Assembly (NCBI GenBank): GCA_951406725.2
Contig: OX597831.1
Span: 41,292,001 to 41,356,000 of the forward strand
Reading direction: 5' to 3'
Length of the DNA: 64,000 nt
Origin: Octopus vulgaris
Taxonomy: Eukaryota
This document shows, in pieces, positions 36,500 through 50,459 of the stretch. Every line of letters starts with the position of its first letter. The first letter of the stretch is position 1. Below the pieces are notes generated by a model that worked only from the letters and a program-made list of their open reading frames with translations, was not told the DNA's origin and did not search any database. A program made the translations under genes and the position numbers.

Positions 36500-38600
36500 T
36501 TTCTTTCTTTTTTTTTTCTTTTTTGCTGCTCCTGTGATCATCTTGTATACCCTTAGAATGGTGTCAACCACCTCAACTCCTGTAGTCACCAACACTATTA
36601 CATAAGAGTTCTGCATGTACCAATATGACTTTACCATGTAGTTTGAACAGGTTGTCCCTCAATACATTCAGTATTCAAAGCAGTAACTCCCGAATAAATA
36701 TGTCCAGTAATAATGAAGCCGAATGTGCTTGATGCATTGTATATGATTCAAAACTTTTCTATATTAAAACAATTTAGCCTCTAGAAATGGAGAACAATTC
36801 CAGCAGCTTTAATGACAGCTACCAAGTAATATGGTTGGCAAACTGAAGGCTTTCAATTAATCCAAACTGATAAGAACTCCACCAAAGCCAGAAATGCTAC
36901 TCGCTCTCTAGAAAAACATACTGTACAAGCTGGAGGTGGTAACAGACAAGTCTGCTAGGACTGCGAAGGACTGTGCTTTCCTGATCACACAACTAACAAT
37001 AAAAGACCATTTTCTTAACACCTTAGACAAACTCTTAAGCCCTGCATTCAGCAAAGTTATGAGCTGCTTCCTTCCTCAGCAATGCTACCACATCCCAGCT
37101 CAAAGAATTGAAAATTTTTCCATTCTACTGCCATTGGATGACAAACAAGTCTGGTATGTATTTATAAAGTTTGTCGAAGAGGTCATTCAAACCGCAACTA
37201 TTTACTGCCAACATATCTCAGTAGTTGTTAGCCTTAAACAGTACTCAGTGTCCTCTGCTCAGAGCCACAGTAGACAGTCGAGGTCGGTACTAAAATCTAC
37301 TGTCTGTAGTCCACCAGCTACTGCAAACACTTAGGCAATGTCATGTTAGAAAGCAACACAAACCTGGGACTTAATTAGCATACACAAACCTCAATCCTTA
37401 AAAGTTGAAATTTTAACTATCATGTATTACGTCAACTATCCAGGTCAATTAAATGGTCTTTAGTACCTCATATCTAACTGCAGACACTTAAAGAACATAA
37501 GTTTCAGGTTTCACATTTAAGATATAGCTGAAAGCTGTTCTCAATGCTAGCGTAACAGTTGTGATGTTTTCACAAACTGACTTATTTAATTTACTTACTG
37601 GCTCCAAACCTATTCTCTTTCTGTTTCAATTGATGGAGTCAATTGTCAACAAGTGGTACTGGAGTTCTCTGAAGAGGGCAACTCAGCAACATCAGTAGCA
37701 TTCACTGAATAAACCTGTTTATTTAGTAAATGCTATCAATGTTGTTCAATTGCTCTCTTCAGAGAACTCCTTGTTTTTTTATTAACAATTGACCCCATCA
37801 ATTGAAACCCAACTAATCCACCTATCTAGTTGCCGTAAGCTTTGCTTACAAAGAAAATGTTCAGATTGTTCATGTGCCCTATCTAGACTTGTTTAGACTC
37901 CAATTTACAGTCGATATAGCTGACTGCTTGAAAGTTTGGACATCCTACACTATCAACTCACTGACCTAAATATTCTAGATATAATCTGAATGATCTAATG
38001 CCATTGGACTATGTCCCCTATTGTTTATTTTGGAAATTCCATTTGTTCCTATCTGAGAGAATTGTTTGAATAGGTTTGAAATTTTTATACATACTTCACT
38101 TGTATCTACAAAAACCCAGTGTGCATTTAAAATGCCATTTTAGTCTCCTTCCTCAAGGACTAAAGAGCAGATTATACTCAAGAACACTTCTAGACATCTA
38201 AAGGGATCCAGCCACCCTTCCCCATTTAAAGTTTAAAAAAAAAAAAAAACCCACAAGTTCTTGGTTCTCCTATTCACATCCAATTCCACTAACTTACTGT
38301 AAAAGTTCAAGAAGTGCATCCATATACCAAAATCCAAATTTTTCTCAATCAACTCTGCCACCCTGAACTGAATCCAAGTTGATCAATGCATTTAATATAC
38401 CTCATTTGACAAAGGTGGATTTAAATACACGCCTTCCACAAATCCTGGTCTCATTAATATCTACCATGTTTATGTCCAATAACCTGAGGCTGCTGAGCAG
38501 TTGACTACTTTTAAGCTGGCCCAAGGTCACATACATTTATACATCTAAGTACAGCCGTGTCAGTCACAAAAAGAAAAGAGAGGTCTCAAGTTTAAAGGAC
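36500..38600. mobile_element. Highly decayed retroelement, possibly DIRS-like
   Basis: Plus-strand remnants around 38340-38450 read SINSA...YTSFDK and KVDL..HAF, resembling DIRS RT motifs; heavily disrupted. Confidence 0.22.
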
Positions 38601-41600
38601 AAATAATCTAGTGTTAGAAATTGGGTGTGAAAGGTCCAATCACAAAAACTTTTAGCTCACTTTATTTCACGATATTCCCTTTACCATCACTGAGTTTTCT
38701 GATACTTTATAGACAAACTCTCCAAAGCTCTCCCCATTCCCATTTTCCCCCCTATGCCATACACTATGCTCCAATTGCAGCAGTGAATGTGATGGTGAAT
38801 GGGTTTTTGCATGTTTACCTGCTGCTTCTAGTGTTTCTTTTAGTGTTTTTGCAGTGGCCCTTACACTGTTCCTTTTTTTTTTTTTTTTTTTAATATTTTT
38901 GCTGTTAAGAGTGATTGGACTGTGTGGTTGGCTGATAGGCTTTCTGCTGCGACATCAAATCTTACAACTTTCAACTTGGGAGCAATTGCATTCTTTGTTC
39001 TTTTTTACTTTCTGAATGCATTAAATTGCAAAGACATAAACCTCCTCATATGACAAAGAATATAGAACAGAAGAAGAGGTAAATTTTTTTACATGTGTAT
39101 ATTTTGCTGGAGGTGAGATAGGCTTCCTTTGGCTGCAGTGGAAGGTTCTGTTTCAGGATAACCTGCTGCCACCAATGTTTTATGCACAATTGATGCTCCT
39201 TCTGTTGTTAGTGATTTTGTAGTTGTAAAGGTGGTTTTTGTGTTGTCAGCCGCAGGAAATATCTTTTTCTTGGGGACAGAAAATCCTGATATTTGACGTT
39301 ACTGTATGAGTAACCTTCCACTTTATTATTACTCATCTGATCTCAAGTCAATGTTCTTATGGTGAACAATGCGAATGCAGTTAGAATCTATTAAGAAGCC
39401 CAGCAATTGTGCCAGCACACCAACTTCATAACAATAAATCTTATAACAATAAAATCTACTTCAAGGTTGCAGAATAACCTCCCAGAATATTACACAAGAA
39501 TCATGAAAAGGAGAATGGTAAAGGACGCAAAATAAGTATTACAGTGATTAAATCAACACAAATGTATTATTGGAATATATTTCATCAACCACGAGAATAA
39601 TAGGTAAAATGCTCGTTCACATTGCATTTTCTTTATTTTTTTTTTTTTTTTTTTTTTATATTTTACAAAATAATTTAATATTTACAGAATAATAAATATG
39701 GGTGTGGCTGTGTGGTTAAAAAGTTTGCTTCTCCACCAGGTTTTAGGGTTCAGTCCCACTGTGTAACACCTTTGGCAAGTGTCTTCTACTACAATGTCAG
39801 GCCAAGCTGAGACTTGTGAGTGGGTTTGTTTATTTTAGGCTTCTATAACTCAAACACAAAAGTTATGGCAATTTCACCAGAAGAGAGAACCAACAGAAAA
39901 GAGCCTTACATGTCCATGTGGCCTGCTAAATATAGCAGCAAACTCTCTAATCTACCAGCATAAAAAAGAACATATTGGATAATGTCCTAGATATACTAAA
40001 TTTGCAGAAATGAAGCTGCAGTATGAAAGGGAAGTTCTCTTGATAATTTGAGCTTAAAACAATAAAGATGGCATATATCAAAATATACCATATTTACATG
40101 TAAATTACACCTACTTGATTTTAACTTAAAGAAATAAAATAGAGTGTGACAAACAAGGGCAAGTTAAAGCTAAAAGGGGAAAATTTTGTACAAAGATTTA
40201 ACACTAAATTAGGGGTGTGCCTATACATGTTTTATTTATTTTTTTATTTCTAACTCGGTTACATCATGGTACATCAATGGAAACACAAGGGGGAGACAAA
40301 TCTAAGTTCAACACGAAATTTAATAAGAATAGATACAAACTAAAAAAGGGAAGGGAATTAACTCTTTAATGCTAAGTTGCTGGACACATTCAAAAAGGTC
40401 TTTTGCTGAAAGGGTCAAACTTGCATGCAATTATTGCAATTACCAATAACATATTCCATACAAAAATATTATGAAGAAACAACTCTTTCTATTGCTTGTA
40501 ATGATTGTCATTTAGTTTATGTAGATTACCAAAATCTGAGAGATTCTGTGAGTGAGGTAGTTAGGTTTACTGTGGAATGTTTACAAAGAGTTTTGACATT
40601 TAAGACATTTGTTCCTGACAGAAATATCATTGCTAGGTAAATTCTTGAAAAAAATTATGTCTCAGCAACCTTCAACACCATTCAGGGAGTTAAAATTTCC
40701 TTCAGTATCAGCCGCATAACCACAAAATCCCATCTGCTCTTGGACCTGAGTCATTTGTAATACTAACAGTCATTTAGAAAGAATGATTTTGAAAGCATGA
40801 AAGGCATATGTAAGCTTTTTGAAAGTTGTCATGTTGGAAAACACTCTTCTCAGAACATTACACAATTCTTTATTCCTATTTCTCCATGAATATTCCTAAA
40901 ACTTTTCATTATGCAAAACAACACATAGCTTTACAAATCAGACCATGTTATATTGATGTGAAATCAGAGTTTGTGTGTGGGTTTTGGGGTTTTTTTTTTT
41001 TTTTGTAGTTGTTGTTGAGGGACAGGTCCAGTGTTGTCCTTTGCTGAGTATGGAAGAGACTGAAATCCACCTTGGGGAGATAGGTTTTGTATCATAAGGC
41101 AGAGATGGCTATTAAACTAATGGCTTTAGGTTCAGCCCCCATTATGCAGCACTTTGGTTAGTTGTCTTCCACTACAGCCTCAAAGCCAAACATTGCCTTA
41201 TGAGAGCATTTCATACACAGAAACTGAAAGGAGCCATAAGCACACCTGTGTATGCACAAAGGTATGTTTGTGAATGTTTGAAAAACTACAAGCCTATGGA
41301 CTGTGATGACACCATTTGTAGCTCAGCTACAACAGAACACATTTGTTGACTGTCAACAAATCATCTGCTAACTCTACAATTTCAAATTCCTTTGGAGGGG
41401 GGGAAAAATCCTTATCTGGAAAACAGGTAAGGATTGGTAACAGGAAGTGCAACTGGTCAGAAAACCCCTGCCTCAATAGTCTTCCAACTAAGCCATGCTA
41501 GCATGGCAACAAACATCAAAAGAATCCAGCAACGAAATGTTGAAGACATGCAATTTGTGTTTACTTGCAAATCATTTTTCAGCATTCAACTCACTAGCCA

Positions 41601-42497
41601 TCAACATGAAACGGGGCCCACAAATGCACTGTATTTTCTTAATGATGTTTAATATACAAAGGCACATTCATAATTCAACAGAAAAACAAAGGGATTTCAA
41701 AGTCTCATATAGTTATAAATTTTAGAAAAAATGAGAGGTAGGGGATCCTGAAAACATAATTTAATAATTATAAATAAAATGACATTAAAAAGACTAAGGA
41801 GAAAATGTGATTGAGGAACTAGGTTCAGAAATGTTTCCAATGTTATAAAATATTTTGGTTTAACACTTTAACATTTAAACAGCCTTAAACATTCTGTTTT
41901 AGGTTCAAATCAGCCAAATCCGGCCTCTAGCACCAACCCCACAATGTCATTCTAAAAATAAGTAGTTATCTCAGCTAAATCTCAAAGCTACAAGATAATG
42001 CATTTTTGTTCAAAACAATGTGAAATAAATAAACATTAAATTTGACAGAATAATCTGAATACCAAAGGGTGGAAACATTGAAAGGATTCCACTGCAAAAA
42101 TAATCAGAAATAATTTTTTTTTTTTTTTTTTAAATATATTCATATACAAAAAAGAAAATGAGAGAAAGAGGGGAAAAAAAGAGAAAAGAGATGATAAAAA
42201 AATACAGAGAGGGAGAGAGAAACAAAAGAATTACAGAATGAAGAAAAGGAAAAGGATCAAAGGAAGAGAGGATCGAAAATTTTTAAATAAAAGCTATCAA
42301 AATGGTGGGGGGTCAGAGGTTGGTGGAGAAAGGAATTTTTTTTAAAAAATAGATGAAAAAATAAAAGGGATAACAGAAAGCAAATGAATATAAATAGTAT
42401 GAAATTGAAGGGATCAAAAGATTGAAAGAAGGAACTGACAGAAAGAAAGGATCAGTAAAATAAAATAATGGGAAAAATAGTGGAGTTAAAATGTGAC

Positions 42498-42725
42498 CTT
42501 ATTGAATCCAGGCTCAGGAGGTTTAGAGTGTAATGTCTTGATTTGATTGTTGAGCAACTGATTTGTCAAAGTCTGGATCTGTGACAAAAGGTTACTATCA
42601 ATAATTGCTGCTGCCTGCTGCTGTTGGGCCGGCTGCTGCATCAGCTCGGTCTGCTGTAGTAACTGCTGCTGGAGTAGTTGCAGTTGTTGAAGCTGTTGTT
42701 GCTGAGCGCTCAGACTTGTTGGCTG
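42498..42725 (-). CDS. SCAF8: SCAF4/8 Gln-rich exon (QPTSLSAQQQQLQQLQLLQQQL...EPGFNK)
   Basis: 228 nt (225 if the second AG of CAGCAG is used); pyrimidine tract upstream; donor AAG|GTcaca; phases 0/0. Confidence 0.9.
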
Positions 42726-44744
42726 CTGATGGAAGAGTTGAAAAAAGATTTGAGGAACAAATAGAATATAGCTCATAGAAAAAAAGAAAAAAAAACACAG
42801 CACAGACATGCATACAAACAAAAGTTTGTTCAAACGAAGTTCTTTTGTTTCCAGTTCAGCACATAACTATGTACACACTTCTTTGTTTGATAGACCAGAG
42901 GCTTATTATATTCATAAACAAGTGAGAGTTGTCAATGGGAAAAGCAAATCCCCATCTGATCATGCAGGCATGGAAAGGTAGACATTAAAACAATGTTTTC
43001 TTCAACTATTTTCTCCCTAACTCTCTCACTAAAAATCCTTGTCTAAACAAAAACATTTTATGGAAGTGTCATTTGTTTAAGTTACAGTCCAAACACCAGC
43101 TTAATCCTTTTTATTATAGGCAGAAGGCCTGAAACTTCTGGGGAAGGTGGCTAGTCGATTACTTCAACCCCAGTGCTTAACAGGTATCTATTTCATCAAC
43201 TCCAAAAGGATGAAGGGCAAAGGTGACTTTGGCAACATTTAAGCTCAAAACATAGACAGACAAAATGCCACTAAGCATTTTGTTCAGCATGCTAACAATT
43301 CTGCCAGCTTACCACCTTACTAATGAAAAAAGCTGGTTGTTTTACTAAACCTTTCATTTTTCAACAGAGCACCACCAGTCAGTTGCTATAGTTGGTTAAG
43401 TGCCAACTTCAGCAACTAACTAGTGGTAAAAACAGAAATATGCAATTAAACAACAACTCGGTCACAGTTTTGATTCATTCAGAATTAATGTCACTTAAAT
43501 GGTTAAATCTTAAAAAAGTAATCTAACCTATCCCATCTCAAAAATTATTATGCATATGCAAAGAGTACCAGGTACTTGTTGAAGGCTGTGTAGTAACCAG
43601 CTGCTTAAGCTTTCATTTCCAGTGAAATAACAGAATTAACCAGATTTGATTTCAAATGCTCATTCATTAACAGGTCCCCAATATTTTTTATTCACTGATC
43701 AATAATATCTGAAGGTATTTAAACATTAGCCACCATGAATGTAACCCCCTTTCCTCTTAATCAGCCAATTTACAGGGATAAAATAGACAAGTGGAGATAA
43801 TAGGGTCATTCATATTTCACTGTAAGCATCTCACTGCATTTGGGCAGCAGGTAAGAGAGTACTAAACGAGAGGGGGACGCAGTCTCTCAGTCCACAGAAT
43901 ACATTGCAGTTCTGAATCGGACACGGTAAACTGAGGCAAATAAGTATGGTGAGCAGACATAATTCCAAGACTTAGATATGAACTCCTAGCCCAACAGCCA
44001 ATTCACCACTAATACCTTATTCATTCAGCTTTTCAAATCTGTAAATCAGACATGAATGAATTAACTATGCATGAAATCACAATCTCTCTTATATCAACTA
44101 AGATTCTATCTGGGTTACATGAACAGATTACATCTGCCTTAATGTATGGCACACATCAACTAAGACGGGCAATCTGCCATGCATCAACTAACACAGACAA
44201 TCTATAACGTCAACTAAGATTTATATATATATATATATACTCATCATTTAACATCTGTTTTCCATGCTGGCATGTGTTGGATAGTTTGGTAGGAGTTGGC
44301 AAGCCAGAGAGCAGAACTAATTTCTAATTGTCTGTTTTGGCAAGGCTTCTATGGTCGGTTGCTTTACCTAACACCAACCACTTCACAGAGTGTACTGTGT
44401 GCTTTTTACGTGACACCAGCACTGGTGCTTTCTATGAGGCATCAGCACCACTCAGGTCACCAAATAGCTTGAAAGACAATAAGCACAGTTCCAAAAAGAC
44501 AAAAACTGAAAAAATTAAACTTTACCAATTCAAAACTATTGAATAGACAATATCTCAAAACTGCTCTACTTTAGCACTGCTTTGTAGCATTATTCCAGCA
44601 GCAGGTTCTACAACTTTCCACACAAACGATACAAGTATATCAGCCTCAAACATAAGTTATTCTGAAAACTAATACAGCAATAGAGCCTTGTCTCAATTCC
44701 TAAGTCAAATTTCAACTACATATTCAAATACTACAACATAGACT

Positions 44745-44942
44745 CTCTCTCTTTACTCTTTTACATGTTTCAGTCATTTGACTGCGGCCATGCTGGAGCA
44801 CCGCCTTTAGTCGATCTAATCGACCCCGGGACTTATTCTTTGTAAGCCCAGTACTTATTCTATCAGTCTCTTTTGCCGAACCGCTAAGTGACGGGGACGT
44901 AAACACACCAGCATCGGTTGTCAAGCAATGCTAGGGGGACAA

Positions 44943-44980
<38 letters not shown>

Positions 44981-45141
44981 GACAGTCTTCTTTCAGTTTC
45001 CGTCTACCAAATCCACTCACAAGGCATTGGTCGGCCCGAGGCTATAGCAGAAGACACTTGCCCAAGATGCCACGCAGTGGGACTGAACCCGCAGCCATGT
45101 GGTTGGTTAGCAAGCTACTTACCACACAGCCACTCCTGCGC
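44745..45141 (-). mobile_element. SINE family A, young copy (a second, diverged copy follows at 45160-45535)
   Basis: Near-consensus, CpGs retained, internal (AT)n. Confidence 0.9.
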
Positions 45142-45637
45142 CTGGTTGCCTTTTTAACTTTTACTTGTTTCTGTCATTGGAGCATGGTCATGCTGGAGCA
45201 CCAACCGGAGGGTTTAGTTGAACAAATCAACACTAGCGCTTACTTTCAAAGCCTGGTAATTATTCTTTCAGTCTCTTTTGCCAAACTGCTAAGTTAAGGG
45301 GGCGGAAAACAAACCAACACCAGTTGTCAAACAGCAGTGGGGGACAAACACAAATACATACATACATACACATACTGGGCTTCTACATAGTTTCCATCTA
45401 CTTAATTCACTCACAAAGATTTGGTCAGCCCAAGGCTAAGGTAGAAAACACTTGCCCAAGGTGCCACGCAGTGGGATTGGACCCAGAACCATGTGGTTGG
45501 GAAGCAAACTTTTATCACACAGCCATGCCTACACCTATTTATGGCCACTTTTGCAAAACCTTAAAAGGACAAAACTAAAGTTTATAACTTACTAGCAGAG
45601 GCACTTGGCATTGCCAGGAAGGAAATTGTTCCTTATA

Positions 45638-45870
45638 CAGAGTTGGCCAGAAGTCAACCAATAGTAAATCAAAATTCCATAAATACTATCTCTAATTCTG
45701 TATTGACTCAAATGGAAAAATGTGTCGCCCAAGAAGGACTTCAGTTTGAACAATTTTCATGATGTTCATATTAAGATGCTTTTTATCAATTTCATTCAGT
45801 TGCTAAACATAAATAAATCTTGGAATTAAATGGGTTTGATTTACTGTCAGGTGACTTTTGGCCAACCCTG
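45638..45870. mobile_element. Tc1/mariner MITE
   Basis: TA|cagagttggccagaagtca ... tgacttttggccaaccctg|TA. Confidence 0.8.
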
Positions 45871-46081
45871 TATATTGGAAGAAAAAAAGCAAAATATGTT
45901 GTATAGAAATTTGTTATTCTAAATTCCATTTATTCTTCAATTGGGAAATCAATTCGGAATTCATAATACAAAAATAATAAACGACAATACAAAATTTACC
46001 ACTTTTATGAAGGGAGATAAATTGCTACGTCAATACCAGAAGTTGACAGAGAAATCTTTTTAAACAACTGAATCATATATA

Positions 46082-46528
46082 CTCTTTTACTTGTTTCAGT
46101 CATTTGGCTGTGGCTATGCTGGAGTACTGCCTTCAGTCGAGCAAATCGCCCCCAGGACTTATTCTTTGTAAGCCTAGTACTTATTCTATCAGTTGCTTTT
46201 GCCGAACTGCTTAGTTACAGGGACGTAAACACACCAGCATCGGTTGTCAAGCTATGTTGGGAGGACAAACAGACAAGCATACACACACACACACACACAC
46301 ATATCTATATATATATATATATATCTATATATCTATATATATAGATATATATATATATATATATACGACGGGCTTCTTTCAGTTTCTGTCTACCAAATCC
46401 ACTCACAAGGTTTTGGTCGGCCCGAGGCTATAGTAGAAGACACTTGCTCAAGTTGCCATGCAGTGGGACTGAACCTGGAACCATGTGGTTTGGAAGCAAG
46501 CTACTTACCACACAGCCACTCCTACGCC
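46082..46528 (-). mobile_element. SINE family A
   Basis: Full-length reverse complement. Further minus copies at about 48368-48690, 49402-49762, 51775-52050, 54975-55122, 56885-57238. Confidence 0.9.
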
Positions 46529-46579
46529 TATATATAAAGCAGTTTTATTTATTTTTAATACAAAAATTAAACTGAAGAC

Positions 46580-46792
46580 CCTATTTCGGAAACATTTTTT
46601 CACGCTCAGAGTTGCTGAAGCATGGAATAAACTGCCTGCGTCAGTTGTTGACTGCCATGACACTGCATCCTTTAAGGCCCTCATGCTTTCCGAAATCCGC
46701 CGAAACTACACCTGATTATATATACACTTTAGATGAGTTGTAGTGCACCTGAGCACTGTACACAATTATTATTATTATTATTATTATTATTA
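46580..46792 (+). mobile_element. CR1-type LINE extreme 3' end with (TTA)n tail
   Basis: RKHFFTLRVAEAWNKLPASVV...ASFK, short 3'UTR with gtgc.cctgagcac hairpin, then TTA repeats; same family as 33165-33555. Confidence 0.85.
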
Positions 46793-46804
46793 TGCAGCCG
46801 AGGT

Positions 46805-47368
<564 letters not shown>

Positions 47369-47583
47369 GCAGCCGAGGTCAAATTATTCATGCATCTCAA
47401 GTACGGAAGCAATTCGAACAGCCGTTTTTGCATGAAAAGCAAACACACACACACACACAGGTCTATTTTGTATAAGACATATTTAAAGCTCAGTTTTGCG
47501 AACTCCCTGCTATCAAAACAACTATTTCTAAAATCAAGAAACACACAAATAAGATAAGATAATAAACATAGAAGAATGCTAAC

Positions 47584-47783
47584 CTTTTGTGTTTGCTGAA
47601 GTAATTGCTTCACGGTGTCTAGCATGTCATTCTGCGCTTCCAGAAGAGAGCTTGCTGATGGTAACTCCTTCTCATGCCGAACCTGTCCAGCAGCTTCATG
47701 TGAATGGTGTTCTCCAGAAAACTGGTTGGTAGCATTTCCAGACTTTTGACTTACAGCCACAAGGCCATCAACTGCTCGCTGAG
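47584..47783 (-). CDS. SCAF8: SCAF4/8 exon (AQRAVDGLVAV...QLLQQTQK)
   Basis: 200 nt; cttcAG acceptor, AAG|GTtagc donor; phases 1/0 fit both neighbours. Confidence 0.88.
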
Positions 47784-47819
47784 CTGAAGAATAATGCAAC
47801 AAAAAAATTTTATTTTTTT

Positions 47820-47882
<63 letters not shown>

Positions 47883-48745
47883 GTGTGTATTTTTCCCTTG
47901 TAAACAATTAACAGGAAAAAAATAAGATAAATAGTTCCAGCTTCAAAATAAGCACATGCGCGTGCACACACACACACACACTTCCCCTGTACAGACAAAG
48001 GAACGCAATACCCATGTAAGTTCATTCTTTCATTCAAAGGTTTTACCACAAGTTTCTATAGGCTACCTCTGATGTTATATCCTATAACGTTTTTTTGAAA
48101 CAATATTAATAGAGTTCAGTTAACCACTATACATATCCATCATTTTCTGTTAAGATGTCTTATTGACAAGTTTCATTTCTTCACTTCCCTGAAGAGAAGA
48201 TTACATTGTTTTACACCATTTTATTCCTTTGGAATAATACCTATGATATCTTCGAAACATATGTTGGAAGTAAAAGAATTTGAATAACACCTGCATTTAA
48301 CTATATATATATCATCATCATCATTTAGCGTCCGCTTTCCATGCTAGCATGATATATATATATATATTCTTTTACTTGTTCTAGTCATTTGACTGTGGCA
48401 ATGCTGGAGCACCACCTTTTAGTCGAAGAAATTGACCCCAGGACCTATTCTTTGTAAGCCTGGTAATTATTCTGTTCTCTTTTGCTGGACTGCTAAGTTA
48501 CCTGGACATAAACACATTAACATCGGTTGTCAAGAAATGGTGGGGAGACAGACACACACACACACACACACACACAAATACATAAACATATATGACGGGC
48601 TTCTTTTAGTTTCCACCTACCAAATCCACACACAAGGCCTTGGTTGACCTGAGGCTATAGTAGAAGACATGTGCCTAAGGTGCCATGCACAAAACTCTTG
48701 GACCTTTCTCATATTCTGAGTTGTATTTTTCCTGTTTGCATCAAC

Positions 48746-48780
<35 letters not shown>

Positions 48781-48919
48781 CCATCATCATTTAACATCTA
48801 TCTTCCATGCTGGCATGGGTTGGATGGTTTGATAGGAGCCAGCCAGGTAGAAGACTATACCAGGCTACTGTGATTGTTCTGGCATGGCTTTTATGGCTGG
48901 ATGAGCTTCCTAACACCAA

Positions 48920-48966
<47 letters not shown>

Positions 48967-50341
48967 ATTGTGTGTTCATAGGTTCCTAAGTGTTCTTTAT
49001 CACTTCTCATGGAGCAATGAACTTTGGAGGATGCAATAGCATTTAGAAACTTGAGGTAAAACCTTTGAATAAAAGAATGAACTTTCATGGGTATTGGGTT
49101 CATTTGTCCCTTGTCTATACAGGGGAAGTGTGTGAATGTGTGTGTGCATGTGCACATGCTTATTTTGAAGCTGGAACTTCACAGGTTTCAATATTTCCTA
49201 CCTCCTTGAAATTCAGCAGCTCTGATATTTTATATAGGAGATAGCAAAACTCTCCTATCATTCCCATCTTCTATTAACTTAAAAAAAAAATTGGTTGGTA
49301 ATATTTTTGCTACATCTCTATCTATCTTTGTGAAAAAGCTCCTTTAACCTTTTTATTTCTATTGCTTTTGTTTCCATTACTTTTGAACATAAAAAATTTT
49401 ATCTTTTACTTGCTTCAGCCATTAGACTGTGGCCATGCTGGGGCAATGCATTGAAGAATCTTTTAGTCAAATGAATCAACCCCAGTACTTATTTTTTCAA
49501 TCCTGGTACTTATTCTATTGATCTCTTTTGTCAAACCACTAAGCTACAGGAATGTAAACACAACATCAATCAATCATCAAGTGGTGGTGGGGGACAAACA
49601 CATAGATGTATACATACTGACAGGCTTCTTTCAGTTTCCACCTCCCAAATCCACTAACAAGGCTTTGGTCAACCTAAGGTTATAGTAGAAGGCACTTGCC
49701 CAAGGTGCTACACAGTGGGACTGAACCTGGAACCATGTGCTTCCTATCACACAGCCACACCTTAACTATTTTTTTTTTCCTTTTCAAAAAGTTTTTAAAG
49801 TAACTTTTTGTTTGGGACAAAATATTAAGATGAAATTTTGATGGAAGGTTTTAACATGTTATTGTAAAACAAAGATTTTGGACAGTCTCAGTAGGTTGGT
49901 ATCAAAGGTGTTAAGAATCAGTTGCTCCATTAAATGAGGAAAATGCATAATCTATTTTTCCCAATGCTTTAATAAAGGTCACTGTAAAACTGGAGGCTGT
50001 AATTGCACAGAGGTGATTCATCATCATTTAGCACATTTTCAATGCTGACATGGGTTGGACAGTTTGACAGGAGCTGGCAAGAGAGAGAGCTGCACCAAAC
50101 TCCAATTGTATGTTTTGACAAGGTTTCTATGGATGGATGTCTTTCCTAATGACAACCAATTTACAGAAAGAACTGAAAGCTTTTTACATGGCACCTGAAC
50201 AGGTGATTCTAACATGGCACCAGCACAATTGACAAGTATTTTTCTAAGTATTTATTGAGGTAAGACATGGGATGCAGCAAACAACAAATCTGCTGAAAGA
50301 TAACATTTAAGAAAAACTCAGAAGTAAAATGAAATTCCTAC

Positions 50342-50459
50342 CTGAAGCTATTAACTCTGGATTGGTAGGTTCCCCAGCTAGATCCAACAAGGGCTGAATG
50401 ACCTCAACAGGGAAAACAGCATTTTTCTGCCACAAATTCAATACACGAACAACTTTGCT
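50342..50459 (-). CDS. SCAF8: SCAF4/8 exon, end of CID (SKVVRVLNLWQKNAVF...PLLDLAG)
   Basis: 118 nt; tatcAG acceptor, CAG|GTagga donor; phases 0/1. Confidence 0.96.

Noticed and set aside
43565-43625. Possible extra cassette exon (LKQLVTTQPSTST)
   Set aside because: No pyrimidine tract, and the available donors do not give phase 0; flanking exons already join in frame.
44019-44061. attcattca/tgaatgaat hairpin as a pre-miRNA
   Set aside because: Only a 9-bp low-complexity stem; too short and unstable.
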